NCBI GenBank assembly: GCA_003427395.1
Contig: BFEA01000010.1
Span: 7,052,077 to 7,116,076, forward strand
DNA: 64,000 nucleotides
Direction of reading: 5' to 3'
From: Chara braunii
Lineage: Eukaryota; Plantae; Charophyceae
Below the pieces are notes generated by a model that worked only from the letters and a program-made list of their open reading frames with translations, was not told the origin of the DNA and ran no database searches. Made by a program: the position numbers and the translations under genes. Shown one piece after another: positions 36,588-49,700 of this stretch (its first letter is position 1; the number at the start of each line of letters is the position of its first letter).

Positions 36588-38769
36588 ATTCTCTTTTCAC
36601 TAGTTTCACGTTACTTTTCATAACATCCTTGGCTTGAGAGTTTAAATACTTTAAGGATGGGGATGTAGGTTCCTCGTAAACCAGGCCGCTTGTCGGCCAC
36701 CAAATAAGTTTAAGAAGGATTTATTGCCTGTTGTTGACTCTGATCTCTTACTGTTCTGAAACCTGTCCTCAATCTGAATTTTTTCGACAAAGAAAGGTTA
36801 CCTTAACCTTTACCTTGACTGCAAAATAGGAAGCACTATCAATCTGATACCAATGCCTCTGGTACTCATCCAGTCGCCAAGCTGGAAGTAGGGCATACCA
36901 AACCCTTTTCTGTTTTCTGGCTTGAATGAGATATCTTCTCAGCTTCTCAAGTAACTCAGGGGATACCAAACCCTGTTTTCTTTCTCTCATCTAAGTGAGG
37001 CGTTTCCTCAACTTCTCAGATAAAGGGAGGGGATACCAAACCCTTTTTCTTTTCTCTGGCCTGGGGAACTTCAAATAAGTCTTTATATACCTGCAAAACA
37101 ACGAGTTTCACAGACAACAAACTGTGCCCCATTAAGCAGGCTCCCTGATAATTCACAGTCAAGCAACAAGTAGACAAAATAAACCCAGAATAAAATAAAA
37201 TAATAGAAATAATGAAATAATAAGATAATAGACTCAACAAGACATTTATTCACACCCAAGAGTTATTGATTGCCTTGGTTTTGGCCCACCACTGGTCGGG
37301 AATGTCAGACCTCCTGTAAGTCTGGCATACCCTATTCGGCCCGCCTCAGGCCAGGACTAGTCAGACCATCTGTCTTAACAGCCCCTTTGACCTGTCTCCA
37401 TGTCAGGACGAGCATACCCACTACTCGAGTATGGTAGTCCTTTGACACTCTCGACAGGATACCCAGACTATAGCGGGTCAGGTCACCCTATGACAGTAGA
37501 CCTCCCGTCAGTCAAACTGTCCTGAACCCGGATTTGACCACTGAGGTCGGGGACCGGCTCACCCACCAGTTTTTGGCCTAGGGCGCTGGCTGCCCCGCCC
37601 AGATTTTTGAACGTGAGACCCAATCTAACCACAGTTTTAGGCTCTGGCGAACCTCACTGGATTGCATCCTCTGACTGCGGCAGGGTTACAGCTGACTCCT
37701 TTCGACCTCATAGGCCAGACCCCCGGAGTCTTAGCCTCAGTCGACTACGGAATTCGACACTCGCGTCGGGGACCTGCTGACCCCACCAGATTGCAACCTA
37801 TTGCGGTAAGGCTCTGGCCGGCCCCGATAATCAATGTGTCTTTAGGTTAGAGAAGAAGATCCCAGGCACAGATAATCAGGCAAGCATATCGTAACCCACA
37901 AGCAGACTGCCCATGCCCCAAGTAACAGGACAAACATTTCTCAAGAGACGTCACTTCAGTCTCCAGAGGCACTGAACAACAACATGATAACCAGCACCAA
38001 GCCCTTGCAGGAAACCTCCCTTCAGCCTCAAGAAGGATGCTTAGTGCTGGCCCAGAGAGGTCTCTTCCCTCAGCTGGGAATTTCTTTTCCAATAGACGTC
38101 CCGTCAATCTCAACGAAATACTGAAATGCTGGTCTCAGAGAGTTCCCTTCTCTCATCTGAGTGAAGACAAGAAACTTAGTTAAAAAACACGAAGTCCCTC
38201 TACTGACAACTCTCAGTCAAGTAAAGTTGGGTTTCTTTATGCCAGTCCTCATCTGAATTTATTGGATGGACAACTTAGTTAGAGACACGAAGTTCTTCTG
38301 CTAACAACTCTCGATCATACAGAACTGAACTTCTTTATGTCCATCATGCTTTTCTCTTTATCATAAGAATAATACTGATTACATCTTCTGACGTGCCACA
38401 GCCATAAGTTCCTTAGATCCTTGACACTACGTCAATGCTCACGAAAACTGTATCTCACAGTTATTTCCCCACTCTCAGAGGCTTTGACACTCATGGTTCG
38501 ATTGTAGCACTGCATCAAATATATAATCTCATAAACTCTGCTGCTTGCTGAAACAGAAAATGTACCGACATGCTGGAGAATTGAAATGTTAAATTGACCA
38601 TGCAAGAACGATTATTGTCTGCTGAATTTTCAGTCTTGTTGTCTCATTGTCTTACTGTACTTTTATCTCAGTTCTCATGAACTGTCCTCGCACTTGGATG
38701 GTTGACTTTTCCTTCCTCTCTTTGTGGTCATTGTGGGGATCAGATCAGGGTTTCTGATTCTGTAAGGAC

Positions 38770-39880
38770 CCTGATACCATGTCATGAACCCTGGACCCAT
38801 CCATCTCTAAAATCTCATAAACTTTCCCTTCTGGTTCTCCTGTGATTCTGTAAGGACCGAGTCATCTGGGCTCCAGTCGTTTAGTCCACTGAGTCTTAAG
38901 AGAACTGTCGAATAGAAGAACAATGTCACCAACTTTCAATTTCTCCTTTCGTATATATTTTTTTTGTTCCATCTTTTTTTATCTGATAATCTGTTGGATG
39001 ACATTCTCTCTGCAGCATCCATCACTGCTTGATCAACTTCTGATATTTGTCTCATTCTGATCTGGAGGAGCTCTGAAATAGAATAATCTTTGTCACTCTC
39101 TTGACTCGTTCATGTCTTGACTATGTTCTCAATAGGCAATGTAGCATATCGACCATACCATAGAGTGAATGGTGCATAGCATGTAGTCCTCTTGACTGTT
39201 ATATTGTCAGCATAAACAGCAACTCTTAATACTTTTGACCAGTTACCGAGATTTTCTTCACACCACTTAGCCAATGAGTCTTTCAAAGTTTTATGACCTC
39301 TTTCAACAGGTGCATTCGCTTGTGGATGATAGGTAGTCACATATTGAATTCTGACACTTAATCTGAGAGTGGTCCTTCTTACAATCTCATTTCTTAACTC
39401 GGATCCTCGGTCTGAGACAAACTCTCTGATGAAAGGATACCTGAGATAGACTTCTTCTATCCATTCAACCATCTGCTCGGTTGTCTTCCCCCTCAGAGCT
39501 TTTGCCTCAACATAGGCAGAAAAATTATCTCTCATGTTCAATATGTACCTCATCCCTCCCTTGCCTAGTGGCATGGTGATGAGGTCCAAATGAACTTTGC
39601 TGCCTGGTTCTTCAGAATAGTGGGACATAAAGGCTCAATCATTCTTGTACTACACCTCTTCTGACATAATATACATGACTTACAGAATCTGTAAATCATG
39701 TCTCTCATGCCAGACCAGAAATAGAGTTTAACTGTCTTAGAATAGGTTGCTTCAGCGGCCCTGTGACCACCAGCAACCCCCTCGTGTAAACCAGCAATTA
39801 TTTCCAATTGTCTTTCTTTGCCACAAATTACTCTTAATGGAGGCAGTCCTCCTTTGCCATCCACAAAGAGGTGACCTCAT
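38770..39880 (-). pseudogene. Gypsy integrase (frameshifted)
   Basis: HEGVAGGH...CILCQ zinc motif; HLDL, VSDRGSEL, PVERGHK (D,D35E); C-terminal LGPYRI (GPY/F). Confidence 0.92.
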
Positions 39881-40299
39881 TTTAGCCTGAATTTTTTTCT
39901 AATATTCTTACAATAGTATTCCTTCAACTATTCTTTCTCCATTTTCTTCCCAATTTCTTGATAGATTTCATCGTACTCCTCAAAGATAAATGATATTTTT
40001 TCCTCTTTCTTCTTACCTTCTTCTTCTTTCTTTGAGTCTGAACTTTCTCCTGTTTCATAGGCTGCTACTGCTGCAGCATTAATCTTTGCATACCAGTCAT
40101 TATGTTCTTCCTCTTCTTCTTTTTTTAGGATTGATTCGTAAACATAGACACTAGGGATTTCTCCCCAGTTGTCTCTTTCTTCTGGCCATAGGCTCCACTT
40201 GTATGAGCTTGGTACTTCATAATCCTCATCATCTTTCTCATTTAGAAAATTATCAACATAAGAAGATTCTTCAACAATCCCTTCAATATCTTCTTCTTC

Positions 40300-41720
40300 T
40301 TCACATTTCCTCCATTCAATTCGACTTAGATCATTTGCTCTATTCTTCTCAGTTGAAATCTTTTCCAAAACAAAATCAAAAGTTCAAATGAAGGTTATCC
40401 ATCTGCTTACTGTTAGATCTACTTGTTGGCGCTTCTTAATTGCACCAATCACAGCAGATGCATCAGTTCTCAGAGTGAATCTCCTTCCAAGGACGTTGTG
40501 TCTGAAGCACCTGAGATAATGGATGATGGTCAGTAGCTCTTCCCTGAACTGGGTGTAGCCTCTTTCTGTGGAATTGAAAGTCTTGCTCTCAAACCTTAGA
40601 GGTCTTTCTCTACCGTTATCATCCTTCTGTATGAGTACACCACCAAGAGTTACTGGTCCTCCATTTGCCTCGATGATGAAAGGTCTTTCTTCGTCATCAT
40701 CGTAGAAAGGTACTCCCAACACAATACCACAATCTTTTAATTTTTCTTATAAGGTTTCTGCAACAGTTTGTCTTTTCTCAGTCCAAGATAAGTCAGCCCC
40801 TTGTCTCACCATTTCCCTCAGTGGTTCTGTAAGAGTAGCAAAATAAGGTATGAAAATCCTCCAGAACCCACAGACACCTAAGAAGCTCCTGACATCTATC
40901 ACCCGTTTAAGGGGCAGAGGCGAGTTTAAAATATTGTCTATTTTCTTGGGGTCAGGGCTCCTACCCTTGGAGAAACATCTGAAGCCCAGAATGGTGACCT
41001 CTGCTTGGAAGAGAAGCGACTTTGGTCTACTGACAGTCATATTATACTTCTGAAGTCTCTCTAGGACCAGCTTCACACCTTGAGCATGCTCCAGACTAAC
41101 TTTCTGACGTCATCCCCAACCAAAGTCTCATCTTTTACCATGGGTCCATTAACAGGATTGTCATCAATATAGGGACTGGTTATCTCGGGTGAGATATCCT
41201 GCATGACTTTGATCATATCTCTTTGAACCACTGCCACACCATTAGTCCAGCCTTGAGGCACCACACACATTTGAATGAGACCCCTTGGCGTATGTATGAC
41301 AGTCATTGGCCGGTTAGTGAGATCAATGAGAAACTGATCATAACCAAAATATAAATCAATTAAAAAATAAATGCAACGACCAGCAAAGGATGCAGAAAGG
41401 AGATCAATATTAGGGATGCTACCTGCATCACGTACCGTTACCGAGTTGAGTTTCTGGAAGTTCTGTATCCATCTCAGTCCACCCCCTAGTTTCCAAAAGC
41501 AAAACCAGTGGTTAGCGGACAATCCATCAGCAGGCTCAGCAACATTAGATGCAATATTTTTGTCAAGATACTTTACCACCTTGGCTTCTTCTTTCAGGGC
41601 ATACTTAGTTGGTCTATCATTCCAAGGGATGTGATCAACTGTCCATATTTTTGACATCTTAATCATGTCCACATCCAACCGCCCTCTTTCTTCATCATTG
41701 AAAGAAAATGCACCAGAGAA
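40300..41720 (-). pseudogene. Gypsy reverse transcriptase and RNase H (frameshifted)
   Basis: NFQKLNSVT, IDLYFGYDQ, PQGWTNG, YIDD, VRSFLGVCGFWR, RPLRFESKTFN.TER.Y, FTLRTD, KNRANDLSR. Confidence 0.93.
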
Positions 41721-42083
41721 TTATTGACACACCTGAAAGATATATTCCTTCTCTTTAGGTAAAATAAATTGATCAGAGTCTATCTTCATCGTGTCAAACC
41801 TTTCCCGTGTGACTCTATTCCCAAATTTTGTTGATTCCCTTGATGCTTTGATAATTCTCCTTTCCTTTTTCAGTGCTTCGTCATAATCCTTTTCTATTAG
41901 GACTGTCACTGGGTTCTTCTTCACCCTTTGGGCTTATATTTTCTCTTTGACCCAGTGACTATTTTCCTAAAAAATGATGAGTTGCTGCAAATTTTAATTT
42001 CATTTTCTCACCTTTGGCAGTCTCAACAGCTTTCTTAAAGACTTCAATCTGTTCATCATCGTCTTTGAAACTGTCAAGGATTT

Positions 42084-42908
42084 TTACCATCTTTGAAATC
42101 TGATTAATATCAACTGAGACATCCTCCTTAAGTTCCTGTTTATCTTTTCCCTTGATCTTTCTTGCTCTCTCAGCGGACTTTTCCCTCCTAATTGAGTTGG
42201 CTGATATCTTGTGTTTGTAATAGTAAGTCGGGCAGACCACGAAAGTCTGCTCTTGTGCATTTTTTGGGTCTTACAGACTGATCTAGGACGACCCTTCATA
42301 ACTGAAGAACTGAACAGTCTCCATCCTATGTAAGAATGGAGTGCCCAGAATATAGTCATGATCCAAATCGGGAGCACGAACCCTAGTAACTCGACTGCCA
42401 TCATCCCGACTTTAATAGGCAGATGGTCAATAAATCCTGCCGCAGAAAGTTCTCCAACAAGATTACTTAGTGTTTGCATTGCAGGTTTATCAATAGCCAG
42501 TCCACAGGCTTTCATTGCCTTCTGGAAAATAAGTATCATCTCTGCCCCAGAATCCACTAAGGCTCGAATTTTTACTTGATTAACATAGATTATTAAATAG
42601 CCACAACCCATGGTGGCGAATCTCATCTTACATCCAGGTAAGGTCCTATTAACCTGGCTAGGAAAGACTGATCTCAAATAATTAACCTTCATTTTTTTCT
42701 TCTCAACTAATTTTTTCAATTCCTCTCTCAGCTTCGGCGCTAAGGTCATTACCTCCTTGAAGGACAATGTCACATCAGTTTCTTCCAACATCTTAGTAAT
42801 TACATCAGTAATTATCGTTCTATCTTCCAACTCACTCTTGAGTAAATACTTTTTTTTTTTTCCCTTGTTCACCTTTCTTGGGCAAAGATTCTGACTCTTG
42901 ATTATCAA
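42084..42908 (-). pseudogene. Gypsy aspartic protease region
   Basis: IRALVDSGAE active-site motif. Confidence 0.85.
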
Positions 42909-44409
42909 GAATTTTAATCAGAGTCTCACCGGCTTTTCTTATTTTATTTTCCTCTATCATTTGAGACGTTAAATGTGCATGAACATTCATTAGTTCTCCA
43001 ATCACTGTATCTGGTTCCATGATGAGTTCTGGAGGTAAATCACCTTCAAATGACATCATGTTAGCTGAACAGGTAGACTTGTTAGAAAAAAACACCACCA
43101 ACTCAGATGAAATCTGAGGAGCAGGACCTTCTCCTAACGAAAGTCCACTTGGAGCGATTTCATCCTCCACGTCCTCAACTAAGGAGAGAGACCGTAGAGG
43201 CAACTCAATCAAGGCAAATGAATCATCAGGTTCTTGTACAAGTCCCTCAGGCAATTCACCCATGAAAGTGTGAACATTCACATTAGCCTTTTTTTTCTTC
43301 TTTGTCTTCATTTTTTCATCATGCTTAAGGGCAAGAAGTCGCATACCTCCAGGATGTCTGGGATCTAGCTTGTTCCATGAACTGTCACAAACATAACCCA
43401 TTGCATCTTTCTTTGTTACCCCACTCTTCACATCCTCTTCCAGTGGCTTACAGTAAGTGGTAGTGTGACCTCCTTCACCACAATAATAGCAGACAAAACT
43501 CTTCCTTGGTCGCTCATCATACTTCCTGCTTTCTCTGTTCTTTTTTCCACCTTTCCCTCCATTCTTTCTGGATCTGGAATAATCTTCTCTTTTACTATAG
43601 TTATCATCATCATCATCATCATCATCACTTTCTACCATCTTCTTCCCTTTCTCATCCACAGCATGATTGGCAGGCATATAGTTAGTTATAACCCTCTGAA
43701 TAATATTTTCTGCATTTAGATTGTTTCCTCTCCATAGACCATTCTCTGTCTCCCAATGTTTGGTCAACGTACTGATCCGATCCAGTGACCACTTCTTGTG
43801 GGAAACTATAGGCAATGTTCTGACAATTGCAACCATTTCATCCCATCTGAGTGGATAATGTTGAGCCTGGTTAAGAACTGTCTGTCTATCAGTGTCAGTA
43901 AAATTAGTCAGAAATATATGACATCTCTGGGCTTCATCCAGATATTGTATTTTTCTTGCTGTTCTGATAAAAGTCTGGAGGAAAACATTGAAAGTGTCAT
44001 ACTTAGCTCTTCTGATGTTGAAGAAATCCTTGGTAGTAGTTGGAACAGAGTCCTTCTCAATTTTTTTTCTCATTTTTTCTTTGACCTCTTCCCATGTAGT
44101 GGCCCCTTCCATCAATTCTTGAACAGCCAACCTCGAGTCAGTGTCGCAATAAGATAGAAGGTGCTTAAGTCGTTGCTTGTCTGTCCAGCCATAACTGAGC
44201 CCGAATAATTCATATTCATCCAAGAAATCATTCACTTGTGACCCTCTAAAACATGAAATTCTCTCATCTGACCTCTTTGCTCTTGCAATATCTGGTCCTC
44301 CTTTGATTGTGTCGACTCTCTCGACTAGTTCCCGTACAACACCTACCAGTGCCTCCTCATTAGTCCCTGCAGAAGAACTTGGTCTCCCTCGCCCTGCCAT
44401 CTTGACCAT
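42832..44409 (-). CDS. Gypsy Gag (525 aa) with CCHC zinc knuckle
   Basis: FRGSQVNDFLDEYE capsid-like start; CYYCGEGGHTTTYC. Confidence 0.88.
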   Translation of the reverse strand: MVKMAGRGRPSSSAGTNEEALVGVVRELVERVDTIKGGPDIARAKRSDERISCFRGSQVNDFLDEYELFGLSYGWTDKQRLKHLLSYCDTDSRLAVQELMEGATTWEEVKEKMRKKIEKDSVPTTTKDFFNIRRAKYDTFNVFLQTFIRTARKIQYLDEAQRCHIFLTNFTDTDRQTVLNQAQHYPLRWDEMVAIVRTLPIVSHKKWSLDRISTLTKHWETENGLWRGNNLNAENIIQRVITNYMPANHAVDEKGKKMVESDDDDDDDDNYSKREDYSRSRKNGGKGGKKNRESRKYDERPRKSFVCYYCGEGGHTTTYCKPLEEDVKSGVTKKDAMGYVCDSSWNKLDPRHPGGMRLLALKHDEKMKTKKKKKANVNVHTFMGELPEGLVQEPDDSFALIELPLRSLSLVEDVEDEIAPSGLSLGEGPAPQISSELVVFFSNKSTCSANMMSFEGDLPPELIMEPDTVIGELMNVHAHLTSQMIEENKIRKAGETLIKILDNQESESLPKKGEQGKKKKVFTQE

Positions 44410-44469
44410 AGACTTTCCCTGATACTTTCTTCTCTCTCTATCACTTATGTCCTCCTTTTTTCTTATTTT

Positions 44470-46413
44470 TCAGTCTCTTACCCTTCTTGTCAGAGATACA
44501 GGTTCGTTTCTCTCTTCCCTTGTTTGCTCTACTCCTTGAGAGTTTTGTACATAGAGGGTGTATGCAATAATAGTCTTAGTAGTAATCAAAGGCAATGCAA
44601 TCCTTCTCAGTCTTCCAATATAATCCTGAATCCATTTTTTTTCATCATCCCCGCTTAGTCTTCTGTTATATCCTTTTACAGTACCCCGGATCTCATAATC
44701 AAATTGCATTGCTTACAACCCGTTGCTGATCTTTCTGGCAAAAGAGACTCGTTCTCTAGAGGAATTGTATGATATTCTCTCAACAGTTCTCACTTTCACT
44801 ACCTTTAATAAATAGCAAATCTCAGTATGGTCAGTGACAGCTCTCAAGGCAGAATTTCTCATCTGATCAAGGAAAGGTTGCAGAAACTCAAGCTCGTCCC
44901 AGGTAGAGAAATTTTTGTCAGAGATCCGAGGAGTCTCTTCCACTTTGACTACCCTTCCTTCCAGTACAACCTCAACCATTAACTGTTCAACCAAACTGAG
45001 CATTATTAACCATCATAGGCAACATCTGAAAGATAAATCTCAGGTTGGACATAATTAGAAATTTCGAACTTATGTTCAAAAGTACTCAAAAGTAGGGATT
45101 TTATCAACACATTAGAATCCCTCTCTATTGCCCTACCAACCTCATCAATAGCCTCTAGCAGAGGCATCCAATCTCTTTTGTCTTCAAATCCATCAGTAAT
45201 TAAAAACTCAGGGAGCCTCTCAAATTCTCTTACTCCCACTCCCCACATAACTTTCCTTCTTAACTTCTCTAACCACTCTTTTGTCCGCTCAAGACTGACA
45301 TACGCTCCTTTTAAATACTCCAAGTAGTCAACTTTCTCCTCTAGACAGGCAGAGGAGTAAACCCTCACATCCAAACTGTTAGAGTTCGGGAATTTAACTA
45401 CAGGAATATGAAATATTATATGTCCTCTTCCACAAGTCTCATGCCTCAGGATTACAAAGGGACTATCATACCCTGTCACGTTATAAAGTTTGTCCCTCAC
45501 AGTAGTTATCCTGACTACCGAGAGTATCCTTTTTGAGCTCTCTTCACTTTCCATACAAAATTTATCATGACAAACCAATTGTCTCTCGATGGATTAATAT
45601 CAGGTAAGGGAGGAGTTGGGAGTCTCTCAAAGACAGTAAATCGAGTAGATCCATTGAAGCATTTGTTTTCCCTCTCAAGTCTCTCTTTATCTTTCAGTAC
45701 AGCTTCTTCAGCAAATCCTCAGTATCTCCCATACACTGCATCAATACTTCTTTCTTCTGGGACATAAACTCTCACATCGTATGTGTCCAAGTCTGTGAAA
45801 TAAAATGTCAGTACATAGAATCGTTCCTGCTTCCATCCACTCTCGACCATCTCATATCTGACAGCCTCGTATGGGAACACCTCTCTCTTACTTAAAGTGT
45901 TTAAAGATCTTAGAAGACACTCAACCTTCTCTTGACTTGACTCTGAACCTCTGCCGAATTTCGACCTTCTTTGCCCGATTTCCTCTGCTGAAGTCTCTTT
46001 AGTCCTCATGACCACCAATTAATTTCTCTCACTTCAGTACCATGCTAATAATTAACAACCAGTTAGTCTCATCATAATAGCTGTCAGGTATAGGAGGGAT
46101 CGGAACAGTCTCATACGTTACAGACATTACACCCCATTTCATTCTCTTATTCTGCTTGCTTAAGGTCTGTTTTCTCATCATAAAGAGATTGAATCGCAAT
46201 TCTCCATAGTCAGTTAAAGGTCTCACCTTCATCCCCGCCTCTCTTCTTGACATAAGGACGAATATCATAAATATTTTCCTCCAAGAAGCGAGTCAGTGCT
46301 ACGTTGATGGCCGAATTACTAGAACAGTAGACCCAACAATGCTCATATTGATAGGGGAATATTCCTTTAGTAGTCACTTTCGAGAGTTCTTTCAATGCAT
46401 CAGTAATTAACAT
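44470..46413 (-). pseudogene. Extra ORF upstream of gag (about 650 codons, broken) made of repeats of an unrecognised domain
   Basis: A chain of adjacent minus-strand ORFs with recurring FPY.., YDIRPY/YDVRVY/LDVRVY and P.PP.P....W motifs. Confidence 0.65.
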
Positions 46414-46734
46414 TCTTGATGAAGCCTCTTAGTTCTTGAACCTTTTCTTCTCTTTCTTAATGTTTCAATGACGTCATCGATACATGAGGCATACCTGAGA
46501 TCAAGTCCGGCTCTCTCCAAAATTAACATCAGTCTCCTTCTCCAGTCCAGTGTGGTACCTCACACAAGGAAAGATAAGCCTCAGTTAACATCAGGCTTTC
46601 CAAAGGAATAATGACTCAGAAAAGATTGCAAGATCAGTCTAGAAAATTTAGGAATTGTCAACAGTTCTCAAGGCCTAATCAAAACTTAAAGCAATTGCTG
46701 ACCTAAACTCGTTCCAGACACGAAAATCTTTCAT

Positions 46735-46753
46735 GTCCCCAACAACGACGCCA
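46735..46753 (-). promoter_or_regulatory. Primer-binding site complementary to tRNA-Asp
   Basis: Minus strand TGGCGTCGTTGTTGGGGAC, 4 nt after the LTR end ...GCGACA. Differs from the Athila-type TGGCGCCGTTGCCGGGGA by three C>T changes. Confidence 0.8.
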
Positions 46754-46757
46754 TTTT

Positions 46758-49700
46758 TGTCGCACTTTTTTTAGTCGAGCCACTTTGGGTGACCGAAAAG
46801 TCAAGAGGTTGTCACGCAGGATTTTGAAGTTGATTGCAAAAAAAATAAAATTAAATTAAATAATGCAAATCCCTTCTTGTTGTGTGCGTCTTGCTTCGAG
46901 CGAGACCCTTCAATTGCGATCTTCGCCGGTCCCCGGTCTTCGAAATCTTTTATTTTGATTCGGAACAGCAAAGAATCATGCACATAATAATAGAGTGTTA
47001 TGCATGCATCAATTGTGTCAATCTGATTTTGAAAACTGTGACAGAATCATTAAAGAATGCAATCATCAAACATGGCAATGCAAGGAAGCAACTGACTGAC
47101 TCAAGCAAAGACAAAGTCAGATGAGGGAAGAATGAGAACTCATAATAGTCTCAAAGAGTACATATGGAAGAGAGCATGGCCGGCACCAGTCCGGAGTCCT
47201 CACTCATCCCTCTGAATCTCTCACTCGCTTTCTCACTTTGTTGTACGTTTCTTGTGCCTCGAGCCATGTCCCCGTACTTTCTGAGTCTGTGACCTCTGAA
47301 TGTAGACACCTGAAGCCTGCTAGTTCCGAGCACTTCCATCCAAGTCCCATGATACGGAAGTCAACCGTGGCATAAAACTCCTCTAATAGTGTAGGAAGGT
47401 ATGGCTGGGAGAAGATACCCCGTCTGAGATGTGGGAACTCGGAAGGTTCGGTCACTGCCTCGTAATCGATCTTTGCAGGAGAGATGTACCTCTTGGCCAA
47501 ATTAATCAGGTCACNCCAGTGAGAGTCGTCTGTCAGAGTAAAAGGTACTGGAGGTCTGGGATAGTCGGAGTAGAGCTTTGGTCTGAAGCTGCGGATCAGC
47601 TTAGCACCGCTCTCATCGAGCTCCTTCTCTCTCTCCTCAAGGTACCCTGCGGCCACGGTCCAGACTGAGTCAAAATGCTCATGAGTCTCCTTGCCTTTCC
47701 TCAAGTAAGGTCTCAGGTCATGAACAGTTCCTTCTGCAAAGACAGTGAGGACAACGAAGATTGACAGATCCTCNCATTTGAAACCCACGACACTAACATA
47801 CTGGTAATGAAAGGCCTCCTTGAGCGCAATCTGATTGAGGGTTGTCAGAACCGACTTGCTGACGGAGTGAGACTGAATTGTACTCATGTGGTGAGTTGAA
47901 TGCTAGAATCGACCTCTATGTCCTTTTGTAATGTCTGATTATCAGATTAATACTGATCTCTGATGCAATCAAGAAAGAATGAATATTGACTGAGTGTTGA
48001 TTTTATGTTAGTTGGACACTTACGGGATAGTGAATCACTAGTCTCTTAGCACTCAGACGATCGGAAAAGATTGCAGACCTCGAGGTGGCACTAGAGAACT
48101 TGAGTTGCCAGTTGATTTCTGACTGAAGGTTTCAAGTAATTCGAACGATTAAATGTNGATTGAATNTTGGCTGAGNGACGATCAGTCTTTGCAGAAATTC
48201 CTGGGTAGTTCGAACAACCAGACTGCACTCGTGCACAGGCGTGAGTATGGGGGGCATGTCTCTGTGTCCATCGTTGGGCAACATGGTCTGAATTGATACT
48301 TTTCTCNNGCACGAGTGGTAGATGGATACAAAAATGAATAAATAACATCTGACCCTGAATTGAGAATTTTTTGATCGCCCCTTTCCTGTGACTCCGTGTT
48401 ATTGAGTAGATAGGTCACTAAGTGTCACTCATCTTGCGTGCCACTGAATGCAGTTTATCCATTCAAGGGGGCGGGGATTGTTGAACGTTGCTCACCTGAT
48501 GGCACAACATAGTACCGTTCACTTAGTAGCGTGACACTGAGTGAGGGAACACAAGCAACTGAGCGTTACTTCAAGTTTTTAACCAGTTATGGTTGCCGAG
48601 AGAGAGGGTCGAGCACTCCTAAGCCCTCTAGGGACCCCCTCCTGGCCTGTTCAATCACCTCTAGATATGAGTAGGTTCCGAGAAGTTTTCCATCAGGTCC
48701 ATAGGATCGTATAGTATATTTAATGCTTCTCTGGGTTTTTACCAATTTTAATGCAAGTCTCTCATTAACCTTATGTGACACTNGAGATCTTTGGGTGTTT
48801 CTTCCTTCCAAGCCCCTCGATTTATATTGATAGAGTGCAAGGGATATCAAAAAACCTTTTTCGCCACCCATGCTTATTCCATGCTATTTTCCCGAGCAGC
48901 CTGTCGGGTATAAAAAAAAAAAGGTTCTGATTGCTTTCCGCACCGAGCTTAGTCATCAACGACTTGCTGCTCCACGGTACATCTGCCGGGACCGTTCCTT
49001 AGTCCAATTGGAGATTGCAGAAGCTCCCCTAGTCACCAGTACCTTCAACGGTGTATAACATTACCAAGTATAACCCTTTTCATATTGTCATTCGAAGTTC
49101 AATCCTAAGGTGTGACACTACAGGCGGTGGTATCTGTTGAGTGATGAAGCTCTGTTGGGAAGATCAGACGATGACTGAGTAAAGGGAGCTGAAGCAGGGT
49201 GGCCCCGACTCTACAACGGCTCATAGGGTCAGGGCTAGTCCCCTCAAAGTAGATCACTCCCCACAAATTATGAGTAGTGATCCCTCGGTGTCTGCATGCG
49301 TTAGGTGCAGCATACGGCGTCGACAGGGTTGCAAGCAAAACACATCAGACAACAAACTCAACTTAAATGACTCATGAAGAGCTGGCTAGCACGACCCATA
49401 ACCAAAATTGGTACAGTACCTCTTTTGGTTGGCATCCTCGCCAATACACGGGGAAATGATGTCAAACCAAACGTGACTAGATGATTATATGAGGCCGTTG
49501 GAATAATGCATAAGACTCCGTTTCCGAGTATTAGATCATTTGATGTCCACTCTCGCGAGTTCGCTTTCAACTCGTTCTCACTTCCCCGATAAAAGTCAAT
49601 TGTCATAAAATAAAACAGAATGAAACAAAATAAAACAAAATTAAACACAATCAAGGGCTGCAATCATCAGCAGCGTATGACCATCACCTCTCAGAGCACT

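Noticed and set aside
42845-42866. Gag/protease frame change as a programmed frameshift
   Set aside because: It falls in a 12-A homopolymer in +1 register in an element with many other frameshifts; most likely an indel.
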